Positions 47,517-58,070 of a stretch of 64,000 nt of DNA are shown one piece after another (positions within the stretch are counted from its first letter, which is position 1; the number at the start of each line of letters is the position of its first letter). Position numbers and translations under genes: made by a program. Under the pieces are notes generated by a model. It saw only the letters and a list, made by a program, of their open reading frames with translations. It did not search any database and was not told where the DNA came from. The stretch comes from Mobula hypostoma (taxonomy: Eukaryota): NCBI RefSeq assembly GCF_963921235.1, contig NC_086108.1, positions 30,196,001 to 30,260,000 on the forward strand. Direction: 5' to 3'.

Positions 47517-50153
47517 TACCTGACAACAAAGATTTTGCTTCCTAAATACTTCTGGATGTATCTTATGGATTTTGAGCTACTGATCATGAAAATCACCACG
47601 AAATTTCCTTATCACACACTTCTTTAAAAAATTGCCTATATATTTGTTATTTCAATTCATAATTAATGTCAGAATAACTGATGCCAAGATTAAGAAAGGC
47701 ATTTTTGTTGGTCTACAAATCAAACAAGTCATCAATGACAGGCAATTTGAAGAATTTCTGGTTGAGAAGATTGCATGGAAAGCATTCAATAATGTTGAAA
47801 ATTTTCTTGGTAATTACAGAGCACCAAACTATGTGCAGCTAGTTGACAACATGCTTCAAGCACACAAAACGATGAAGAGCAACATGTCACTAAAGATTCA
47901 TTTTCTGCATTCCCATTTAGACTTCTTCCCCATAAACCTTGGCACTGTCAGAGATGAGCATGGTGAAAGGCTTCACCAGGACTTTGCTGACATGAAGAAA
48001 CAGTATCAGGGCAAATAGAATCAAAGCTGGCTGATTATTGTTGGACTCTTAAGATAAAAGTCCCAGACAGTTCAAACAAAAATCATCAACAAAACAGTTT
48101 TACCTTAGTTGAACTATTGCTTAGTTGGTCTATTGCAAACGATTGCATTATACAATTAAGTGCATTATATTCAATAAAAGCAACAACAAAAAATGCTGCA
48201 AGAACTCAGCAGGCCAGGCAGCATATATGGAAAAGAGTGAAAAAAGATGTTTCAGGCCAAGACTCTTCATCAGGACTGGAGAAAAAAGATGTTAAGTCAG
48301 AGTAAGCAGGTGCGGAAGGGGAGAAAGAAGTCCAAGGTAGTAGGTGATAGGTGAAAGGTGAAACTGGGAGGGGGAGGGATGAAGTAAACAGCTGGGTAGC
48401 TGGTGAATAAGATAAAGGTCTGGAGAAGGGGGAATCTGATAGGAGAGGACAGAAGGCCATGGAAGAAAGGGAAGGGGAGATGATGGGCAGGTAAGGAGAT
48501 AAGGTGAGAGAGGGAAATAGGAATGGAGAATGGTGAAGGGTAGGGAGGGGGGAGTTACTGGAAATTGGAGAAATCGATGTTCATGCCATCATGTTGGCGG
48601 CTACCAAGACTGAGTATAAGGTGATGCTCCTCCAACCTGAGTGTGGTCTCATTGTGGTAGTAGAGGAGGCCATAGACTGTCATGTTGGAATGGGAATGGG
48701 AAGTGGAATTAAAATAGGTGGCCACTGGGAGATCCTGCTTTCTCTGGTGGATGGAGAATAGGTGCTCAGCAAAGTGGACTCCCAATCTATGTCAGGTTTC
48801 CACCGATATAAAGGAGGCCCACTAGGAGCACCAGATAGAGTAGGTGACTCCAAAAGACTCACAGGTGAAGTGTTGCTTCATCTGGAATGACTATTTGGGG
48901 CCTTGAATGGTAATGATGGAGGAGGTGTAGGGGCAGTTGTTCTGCTTACAAGGATAAGTGCCAGGAGGGAGAACAGTGGGGAGGGATGAATGGACAAGCG
49001 AGTTGCGTAGGGAGTGATCCCTGCAGAAAGCGGAAAGTGGGGGGTGGGAAAGGAACTTGGTGGATCCCACTGGAGATGGTGAAAGTATGGGAATTATGGG
49101 CTGGACACAGATGCTGGGGTGAAAGGTGAGGACAAGAGGTACAGTGCAGGTAGCTGTGAAAATCAGTGGGTTTATAAAACATATCAGTAGATAAGCTTCT
49201 CCATAGATAGAGGCAGAGAGATTGAGAAAGGGGAAGGAGGTGTTGGAAATGGACCAGGTAAATTTGAGGGCAGAGTGGAAGTTGGAGGCAAAGTTGATGA
49301 AGTTGACAAGCTCAGCATGGGTGGAGGAAACAACACCAATGCAGTTGTCGATGTAGCATGGGAAAAGTTGGGGAGTGATACCAGTGTAGGCTTGGAATAT
49401 AGACTGTTCCATGTAGCCGACAAACAGATATGCATAGCTGGCACCATGCGAGTGTCCATGGCTACACCTTTGGTTTGAAGGAAGTGGGACCAGCCGAAGG
49501 ATAAATTATTTAGAGTGAGGACCAATCCTGCCAGATGGAGGAGAGTGTTAGTGGAGGGGAAATGCTTGGATCTGGTGTCCAGAAGGAAACAGGGAACCAT
49601 GAGGCCTTCCTGATAGAGGATGGAAGTGTGTAGGGTCTGGACATCCATTGTCAAAATAAAACAATTGGGGCTATTGAGCTTGGAATCTTTGAAAAGATCA
49701 AGAGTGTGTGAAGTGTCATGGATATAGGTATGAAGGGGCTGAACCAAAGGGGATAAAACAGAGCCAAGATATGCAGATATAAGTTTGGTAGGGCAGGAAG
49801 AAGAAGAAACAATGGGTCTACCTGTACAGGCAGGTTTGTGGATCTTGGGCAGATGGTAGAAGCGGGTGGTGTGGGGTAAAGGAACTATGAGATCAGTGGC
49901 AGTGGATGGGAGAGCCCCAGAGGCCTGTCCTGCTGAGTTCCTGCAGCATTTTGTGTGTGTTGCTTTGATTTCCACCATCTGCAGATTTTATTTTGTTCCT
50001 GATATTCAATAAAAGTTAATTTTATGTTTCTTCAAATTCCTATGCGATACAAGTAGTCTGAAATTATATTTGTGTTCAGCTTCAAGCAGTCTATCATAAC
50101 CCAAAAATAACTCTGAGGAAACGAAACTTTCAAAAAAATATTGTTGTCCAATG
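47517..50153 (+). mobile_element. Internally deleted Chapaev3-like (CMC) DNA transposon with a transposase C-terminal remnant (47632-48018), split by a Penelope insertion
   Basis: KIKKGIFVG.QI..NFLGN..MSLKIHFLHSHLDFFP.NLG.V.DEHGERLHQD. Termini tacctgacaacaa and ttgttgtccaatg, flanked by tta/cta. Sits inside a CR1 RT (KYEI|.FGKKN). Confidence 0.65.
48181..50001 (-). mobile_element. Penelope-like element (RT plus GIY-YIG, frameshifted) with inverted pLTR ends and a 14-bp TSD
   Basis: RFYHLPKIHKP..GRPIVS, TMDVQTL, QTKGVAM, YIDNC, FAEHL..PVATYFN..GMNIDFS. atattcaataaaag at 48167-48180 and 50002-50015. Degenerate hammerhead at 48246-48278. Confidence 0.92.
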
Positions 50154-50731
50154 CTATCTATTTTGGCAAGAAAAATTAGTAAAGAAGCACATTATCTGGA
50201 TGGTGAGAGACAGCAGTGCTGTGAAAAACAGAGGGGTCTGTGTGTCCCAGGACAGGACTTGAAAAATGCTTGTTTGCAGGTGCAGAAACTAAGTAGGAAA
50301 GATAACGTTGCTATTTATTGCTAGAGGAATAAATATAGATGTTGGGAGACTATACTTCAGTTATATAGAGCATTTGTGAGACATATTTGGAATTCTTTGC
50401 ACTTTGACTGCTTATCTACAGAAGGATGTTAATGCCTTGAAAGAATTAGATCAGCCATGAACTTTTTGAATTTTAGCACTGGCTTGAAGTCTTGAGAAGC
50501 CCAATGGTTCTCAATGTGGACAATATGGCCCCCGGGGGGGCCACGCCAAATTTTGCAGGGCCACAAGTAAATAAACAAGAAACTGGGGCCACAGGAATTG
50601 CTGAATAGGCCATGATAAGTTTACTGTTTTAACGACATATTACTGAAATATATAAATAAAAAAGAAATGAATATATGTAAGTTAATTGGAATGGGAAAAT
50701 ATGCAAGTTGGCACAAATGAGGCAGCAAAAC

Positions 50732-50733
<2 letters not shown>

Positions 50734-50769
<36 letters not shown>
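50734..50769. repeat. (GT)n microsatellite
   Basis: Uninterrupted GT run of about 18 units. Confidence 0.95.
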
Positions 50770-50770
<1 letters not shown>

Positions 50771-51003
50771 AGTCAGCACATCAATCGTTATCTTCAATCC
50801 TGCTTTACCATGCCAAAACACCACTCACACCCTGCAGAGCAGTCTGCTAAGCCCCGCTCCATCTCCACCCTAAATCACTGATTTTACAGTGAGCAGGTAG
50901 GTGTGACCCTGCAACGTGCTCTGCCAGCTGGTGATTATGAATACTTTGTTACTCAAAAAAATTGCATGGATATTTGCATGACACCCTTGCTGCTGTCAAC
51001 TTC

Positions 51004-51840
51004 TGTGACGGGGTCCTGAATTACCCCTATGAACTGTGCTTTTGAAAAGAGAGAGAGCGAGTTATTTTTAACACCGACATCTTGTTTTTAAGAGAGAGAG
51101 AGAGAGAGAGAGAGACGAAGACAGCTTTGGATGATGTTACGGGTTTTCTGCAGCATGTTTACATTTTTACAAGGACACTGGTTTCAGCTTCTGTATTCTT
51201 ACAGAGAGAGAGGGGAAGAGCTGGTTGATGGACAGTTAGTATTCAGTACAGTGAGATAAATAGAAGGTCAGATGATAAACGGACAGACACATGGGTTTGG
51301 ACACTGAATGAGCTTTGATGTGCCCACAGAAAAAGTGGGTTTTGGAGGATCATTCAGGCAGATCGATCAGTGGCTCTCGCAGTGTGAACAGGGCGTGACC
51401 GGTGGGGAGTTATTCGTGTGCTCAACCCTTGTCTGGGTTGATAATTCCACCATGGAAGAACGGTCCTCTTTGTTGTGGTCACAGTCGGTGACTTCTAAAG
51501 GATTTCGGAGGACAACGGGAAGATTGACGGCATAAGCTCACCTGACGACTCAAATCTCTCCCTCTCGGTCTCCATCACTACTCAACTCAATACCACGAAC
51601 TGAAATGAACTTTACTCATCATCGTAAGACTATCTATTTAACCCTAGACTTGAAGAAGCTTGGTTTTCATATATTTCCACACTTACTTCTATATAATCAT
51701 TGCTAACCTATTTGATATATCTGATTTTATATTACTGTATTGCATAGATACTAATAAATACCATTAGTTAATAGCAATACTGGACTCCAAAGTGTTTTCC
51801 ATTTCTGCTGGTTCTTTAACCCGTCACGGGGTACGTGACA
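51004..51840 (+). mobile_element. Solo LTR (837 bp) with 4-bp TSD CTTC
   Basis: cttc|TGTGACG...CGTGACA|cttc. TG..CA ends with a short imperfect inverted repeat, TATA-like gataaata near 51255, AATAAA near 51753, and internal (GA)n. Confidence 0.85.
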
Positions 51841-52039
51841 CTTCATCAAATTAAATGCACTTTGAGATCGTCAGACTGAAGCTATTTTTTCTATATTATT
51901 ATGTATTGCATTGTGCTGCTGCCGCTAAGTTAACAAATTTCACGACATATGCCGTGATATTAAACCTGATTCTGCTTCCTAATTGCAACAATGTTTTCTT
52001 TTCTCACTGCTATCCTCATTCATGGCCTTCCAATTACAG

Positions 52040-52117
52040 CAGGGGTTCCCACCCTTTTTTATGCCATAGACCCCTACAATTAACTGAGCGGTCCATGGAC
52101 CCCATGTGAGAACCCTG
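52040..52117. mobile_element. hAT-type MITE
   Basis: CAGGGGTTCCC...GAACCCTG. Flanks aattacag/atttacac. Confidence 0.7.
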
Positions 52118-52429
52118 ATTTACACCTTCTCCAGACAGAACAGCTGAGAATAACAAAACTTTACCACACTCTCAGTCTTTCTCTCTTGATCTCCACCCTG
52201 CCATGGACAGTGCAAATATTTTTTCTAGATCAGTCTTCTTTAAAAGTATCACAATAACATTGGAAAATCAAGTGACTATACATGGAGAGAAATGAACTTA
52301 AAACAATTCTCTAACACCAGAGACAGATACCACACAAACTACTAAGACCATAAGACTTTAAGACAGAATGGAAAGAGTCACCAAATCCCTTGAATTTATA
52401 TCAACACATCCTAAAGGAATTGGTTACAA

Positions 52430-53425
52430 TTTTACGAGATGTTGGTGAGGGCACACCTAAACTACTGTGCACAGTTTTGGTTCCCTTACCTAAAAGGGGG
52501 GGGGGGGTGTATGCATTGTATAGGAAGGGGTAGCACATCTGGTAAAGGGGGCTTGTTGTGTCCATTCTGGGGCAGCTCACTCACCTTTGGTCCCCACTGG
52601 ACACTCAGCTCTCATCTGTGGCTCCAGGTAGCTGTTTGCATGCGACAGTGGCCACACCCTTGAATACCACTTCGACAGGCAGGCTGAACCAGGTAAGGGG
52701 TGCCAGCAGCCTCATACTCTATGCCTATCCCAGCACGTAAAGACAGCTCCAGGGGACTGGGTGGGTGAGATCTACAGTAAGATCTAATGGCTAGGAAGGC
52801 AGTACTGCAAAGCTCCGTGGAGAGTGAAGGACATGACAAGACACAGAAGATGTCATGGCCATCCACTACAACCAAGGAAGACCCCAGTTTGTGATGCTTG
52901 TTCGTTCCACTGCACCAAGATTTCTGAGGTCAAGAGAGTGGCACTGCACCAGTGCAATGGCTTTTCCACTTTTAAAATTCTCCTGCATAGACTCTGTCAT
53001 TGTTGGTCATGACACACAACTACCACCTAAAAGAGGATATAGCAGCAGTGGAGGCAGTCAAATAAGGTTCCCAAGGCTACTTCCTAAGATATCAAAAGAA
53101 ACTAAAATGTTTGGGTTTATAGTCCTTCAAGTGTAATAGAATGAGGAGTGATCTTACTTAAACATTAAGATCTTGATAGGGGCAAGACAGGGTAGATGAA
53201 AAGGTGCTTTCACTAGTGGGTCTCAAACACAGCAAACAGTTCCAGGATAAGGGCCAGTGATTTAAAACTGAGCCTTGTAGAAATTTCCCCTTTCAAAAAA
53301 TGGGGATAGGTAAATATTTTAAGGATTGAAGTATTGAGGGAAAGGGTGAAGTGCACAGATGAGGAGTTGGTGTCAACACATCAACTATAATCATACTGAA
53401 TTGCAGGGCAGGTTTAAAAGGCTGG
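52430..53425 (+). mobile_element. Old CR1 3' fragment interrupted by an RTE-5'UTR-like block (~52510-53035)
   Basis: LVRAHLNYCAQFWFPYLK precedes the block and the CR1 continues after it. cacctaaaag(a)gg resembles a duplication of the junction. Confidence 0.55.
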
Positions 53426-54049
53426 CACATCATTCTCTTGCGAGCAGTTGTGGAGATAATGGATGGTTGTAATCTATTCAAATTACCCATATTCTGGAAA
53501 GTTTCCAGAAAAGAGGAAAACACAAATGTTTAAGAAAGGAAGAGACAGAAAGCTGTAAACGATAGTCCAGTTAACCCAACGCGATAATTAGGAAAATGTT
53601 GAAATCCGTTATTTAGGCGACCATAGGCTATTTAAAATAGTCAAAGGACAAACGACTCCTACTCCTGATCTCTTTCTGGTTATTTAAAATTATGTGATTT
53701 TTCTTAACTTTTCACGAACGTCACTAGGTCAGTGTACTGTTTACTGCTGCATGCATTTTGGATTATATTTCATTAACATGGTAATAACTTGCTTGAAGAG
53801 CTGTGTGGGTGCACCTTGGTTTGGTTGTATATGTATAAACAGATGACAATAAACTTGAACTTCTGACGCAGGGTTATTGACCCTGATATTTTGACGCAAT
53901 TTCTCCTTTCACAAGTGTTGCCTGACCTATTGAATGAAGGCTTCCAGCACTTTCTGGTTTCCTTTCAGATTTCTAACATCTGCAGCTTTCGATTTGTGAG
54001 CTGCCCGATTTACTTAGGTTACAATGGGACCATTACTGTATCTGTCTGT

Positions 54050-54660
54050 CGGTGTAGAGGTATAGTTCAGATGCTGGCAGTCCCGTGTAACCAGCAGGGC
54101 GAGGCGTGGGGATCTCGTCCCACTCTGAAGTAGGTTGCAGTGACTCGGGTGGCGTGGCGGAGTTAGCAAATCCTCCCGGCCGGGCAAGGATGGCGCTGCG
54201 GGTAATGAACCTTCCGGCCGGCAAGCAGTGGGGCGAGCGGTCCTCCGCTCCGACAGGGGGCGCCTGGTGGCAGATTGCGGCGCATCGCCGTGACACGGCC
54301 ACTACCCGCCCCCCTCCCCTCCACCCGGGCTCCGGCGAGGAGGAGGTCGCGTCATGGCGACTCAAGTCAGCGAGCTGGAGGCCGCCAAGAAAACCCTGAC
54401 GGAGGCGCTCGGAGAGAACGTGAAGCAGTAAGTGCAGTGGCCCGTCGGCGATATCGCTGTTGAACGGCGACAACTCTCGGGAGTGGGCCTGAGCTCAGGC
54501 CCCGGGCTCGGAGTCCACGGTTCCCGGTACCGTGTCGCGGGGCTCCGTCGCTCCATTCAACTGCAACGCCCCCGACTCGGGTGGCAATGCACACGGGGTG
54601 GAGGATTCAGCTTAGCTGGCTGGGGTGACGCTCCAACTGGGGTCTAGAGGATGGTGGAGG
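54050..54660 (+). promoter_or_regulatory. TADA1: CpG-island promoter of TADA1 with GC boxes and a CTCF-like motif
   Basis: Abruptly GC/CpG-rich against the AT-rich flanks. cccgcccc GC box near 54305 and CCGACAGGGGGCGC at 54250-54263. Confidence 0.8.
54354..54427 (+). CDS. TADA1: Transcriptional adaptor 1 (SAGA subunit) coding exon 1, [25 protein letters not shown]
   Basis: Translation matches the vertebrate TADA1 N-terminus ([25 protein letters not shown]). Kozak gtcATGG, donor CA|gtaagt, 74 nt. Exon 2 was not found before 64000. Confidence 0.93.
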
Positions 54661-55507
54661 ACCTACTAAAACCTTAGTGCCCTGGATTCCGAGGTGGCTA
54701 ATGAGGCCAATCTGCAAAACACAGTCTCTTCCATAGGGCAGCTGTTGAGTGGCTAGTATTGTACTTCCACTGCAGAAGCAAGGTGTTTGTGACCTCCTGA
54801 TGCCTGGGTATCAAGCTCCTCTTTACTATTCCGAACTTTCTTCCTCCAGTTTGAGTGGTCAGGAACCGTAGACTCCCAGGATCCACTGGGGATGATTAAG
54901 GAAGCTTTGGACAGTGCCCTTCAATATTTTACCCTGTCATTTTCTCCTATGTTAGAACTTGGAATAACATGTTTTAGCAGACATGATGTTGGAATCTGGT
55001 GTGACATTGTTCTTCCATAGATGCTGCCTGACCCACTGAGTGGGAAATGGACAGCAGGTGTTTTAGATCAAGACCCTTCATCTGGGCAATTGACCTGAAA
55101 TGCCAGCTGTCCACTTCTTTTCATTGATGCTGCCTGTCCTAGTGAATTCTTCAGCATCTAGAGTAGGGGTGACAAATCCCTTTGAAAGTATGTACCCAAA
55201 CTTGCAATAATCTTCTAAAAAAATTCTCATGTTTGCAATGGTAATTTTGAACTAAGATTGTCCTTGATTAATGAATTAATATCAATAATTATGGACTTTT
55301 AATGAGAAAGCCTGAGCCCTGTTGCTAATTTATATGTGTATTCTTGTTTTGCTATTAATAAAAGTATAACAGATTGAAAAAAATGAAGCATTTTAGAAAA
55401 TGTTTAAAAATTCTTAATATAATCTTAAAAAGACAATAGAAAAATAGCATCATTTCTAAATTGTGTTTAAAATATTTAACTGATAAACTTAAGTAACATA
55501 GTCTTAA

Positions 55508-56755
55508 TTTCAAAATAAATTTATTATCAAAGCTCTTACATGTTACCATATACAACCCTGAGATTTGTTTTCTTGCTGGCATACACAGTCAATCCAAGAA
55601 AGACAATACGATGAATGACTTTGCCCAACAAGATGGATTATCAACCAATGTACAAGAGACAGCCAACTGTGCAGATACAAAGAAAAGCAATAACTCTCAG
55701 GGACATGAGATGAAGAGTCCTTGAAAGTGCATCCATATGTTGTGGAAATAGTTCAGCAAGGGGATGAGTGAAGTTGAGTAAAGTTCTGGTTCAAGAGCCT
55801 CATGGTTGAGGGGTAGTAATTGTTCCTGAACCTGGCGGTGTGGTACCTAAGGCTGCTATACCACCTTCCCGATGGCAGCAGCAAGAAGGGAACATAGTCT
55901 GGATGGAGGGGGTCTTTGATGGATGCTGCTTTCCTGTGACAGAGCTCTGTGTAGATGTGCTGAATGGTAGGGAGGGCCTTACCTGTGATGGACGGGGCTG
56001 AATCCACTACTTTTTGTAAGATTCATAGGAAGAAGGTTGAAAATCTGGCTGAATGGTGCCGGAACAACAACCTTTTACTCAATATCTCCAAGACCAAGGA
56101 GCTGATTATTGACTTCAGGAGGAGGAAACCAGAGGACCACGAACCAGTCTTTATTGGAGAATCAGAGGTGGAGAGGGTCAGCAACTTTAAATTTCTTGGT
56201 GTTATCATTTTGGAGGACCTGTTCGGGGTCCAGCACGTTAGAGCAATTATGAAGAAAGCACAGCAGCACCTCTACTTCCTTTGGAGTTTGTAAAGATGTC
56301 ATGCTGAATCTAAAACTTTGACAAACTTCTATAGATGTGTGGTGTGAAGTATATTGAGTAGCTGCATCACAGCCTGGTATAGAATCACCAAAGCACTTGA
56401 ACAGAAAATTCTCCAAAAAGTAGTGGATATGACTTAGTCCATCACAGGTAAAGCACTCCCCATCATTGAGCACATGTATGTCTAGTGTTGTTGCAAGGAA
56501 ATAGTATCCATCATCAGAGCCCCCCACCCCCGGCCACTGCCCCAGGTCATTCTCCCTTCTCATTGCTGCCATTGGGAAGAAGGTATAGGAGCCTCAGGAC
56601 TCACACCACCGGGTTCAAGAACAGTTAGTACCCCTCGACCTTCAGGCTCTTGAACCCAAGGGGGATAGCGTCACTCAACTCCACTTGCCCATCATGGAAA
56701 TGTTCCCACAATCTATAGACTCACTCTCAAGGACTCTTCATCTCATGTTCTCGAT
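55508..56755. mobile_element. Two Rex1/Babar-like fragments in opposite orientation (55508-56020 minus, 56025-56755 plus)
   Basis: ORF 55753-56007 (KDPLHP..LLPSGRWY) and ORF 55964-56293 (LNISKTKELIIDFRR..VERVSNFKFLG). Confidence 0.8.
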
Positions 56756-58070
56756 ATCCTCTCCAATAGCTTCTTTACCACTGTTGTGAAGATCATTGGC
56801 CGATACTTACCTGGATTAGTCCCATTTCCTTCTTGAACAAAGGCATAACATTTGCTATTCTCCATTCCTCCAAGACTCACCTGTTGCTAGTGAGGACACA
56901 AAGATACCCCAACAATCTCCTCACTTGCTTCTTTCAATATTCTAGAATATATGCCATCGGGCCCTGGGGTCTTATCCACTTTAATGCTTTTCAGAAGATC
57001 TAGCAGGATCTCTTCCTTAATCTCAATATCCAAGCATATTAGCATGCTCCACTCAGTTTTCACTATCCTCCAATTGTTTCTCCTTGGTATATACCGAAAA
57101 TACTTCCTTAGCAACAAAGCTACTTCCTCTGACTCCAAGCTCATTTATCGTCTTTATTATTGAGTTATTTCTAAGTTATTGTAATGCGTTGGGGTTCTCC
57201 TTGAGCCTGCTGTCCAAGGACATTTCATGGCTGCTTTAAGCCTTCCTAATCATTTGCTAAACACATTACTGTTATCTTTATTCCACAAGGGCACAGTTTG
57301 ATTTTTATCTTCCTGAACCTTAAGTATGCTTGTTTTTCCTTCCTGACTAAATTTTGGATCTCTCTGGTCATCCAAGGTTCACTTACTTTCTCATCCTGAT
57401 CCTGAGCTCTGCTCAGCCGGTCTTTAACTAACGCCCACATATTTGATATCTTATCCTGTCACAATTTGTCTTACCCCAATTTTGTAACTCCCTACGAGAT
57501 CCAATTTTATCTTTACTGATAACTGTCTAAAAACAAAATGAGTTGTGGTTACTTTTCCCAAAATGTTCACCTGCTGTTAGGACAGTTACTTGGCTGTCTG
57601 ATTTCCTAGAACTAGGTCCAGTATATTCTCTTCTCTGGTTGGACTCTCCACATACTGTTTCAAGAACTTTGCTTGGATGCACTGAAGATATCCTGCCAAA
57701 CTAACCTTCTGTACTAAGGAAGCGCCAATCAATATCGGAGACGTTAAAGCCTCCCACTATGACAACCTTGTTGCTCTTATATTTTTCTAATTTTTCCATA
57801 GTTTGCTTACATATCTGTTCCTCCATCTCTAGGTAGCCGATGGGGAGGGGTCTGTAGTTTAATCCACTCAGTGTAATTGCACCTGTCCCATTTCTGAAAT
57901 TGGCTCGAGATGAACCCTGCAGTATGCTTTCTCTAAGTACTGCTATTATTCTCCTTTATCAGTACGTCTAAATTGGGGAAAGGCAAATTACGTCTAAAAC
58001 AACACAACCTGTGAAATTTGAGTTAACCAGCACTGTCTCTCATGCAACAAGGTCTCTAATGACAACGTAA
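56756..58070 (-). mobile_element. Degenerate CR1 ORF2 (APE/linker/RT start)
   Basis: KVDKTPGPDGIYSRILKE and EPWMTREI fragments. Confidence 0.75.

Noticed and set aside
50502..50620. hAT-like left terminus (caatggttctcaa...ggggccac repeats)
   Set aside because: No matching right terminus or TSD was identified, so it is too fragmentary to call.
52568..52660. Possible HDV-like ribozyme in an RTE-like block
   Set aside because: P1 and P3 could only be paired with mismatches, and no clear P1.1 or J4/2 was found, so it is not supportable without a covariance search.
54033..54647. Several overlapping 60-146-aa ORFs in the CpG island
   Set aside because: Expected from stop-codon scarcity in GC-rich DNA. 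Only the 74-nt TADA1 exon has homology and a splice donor.
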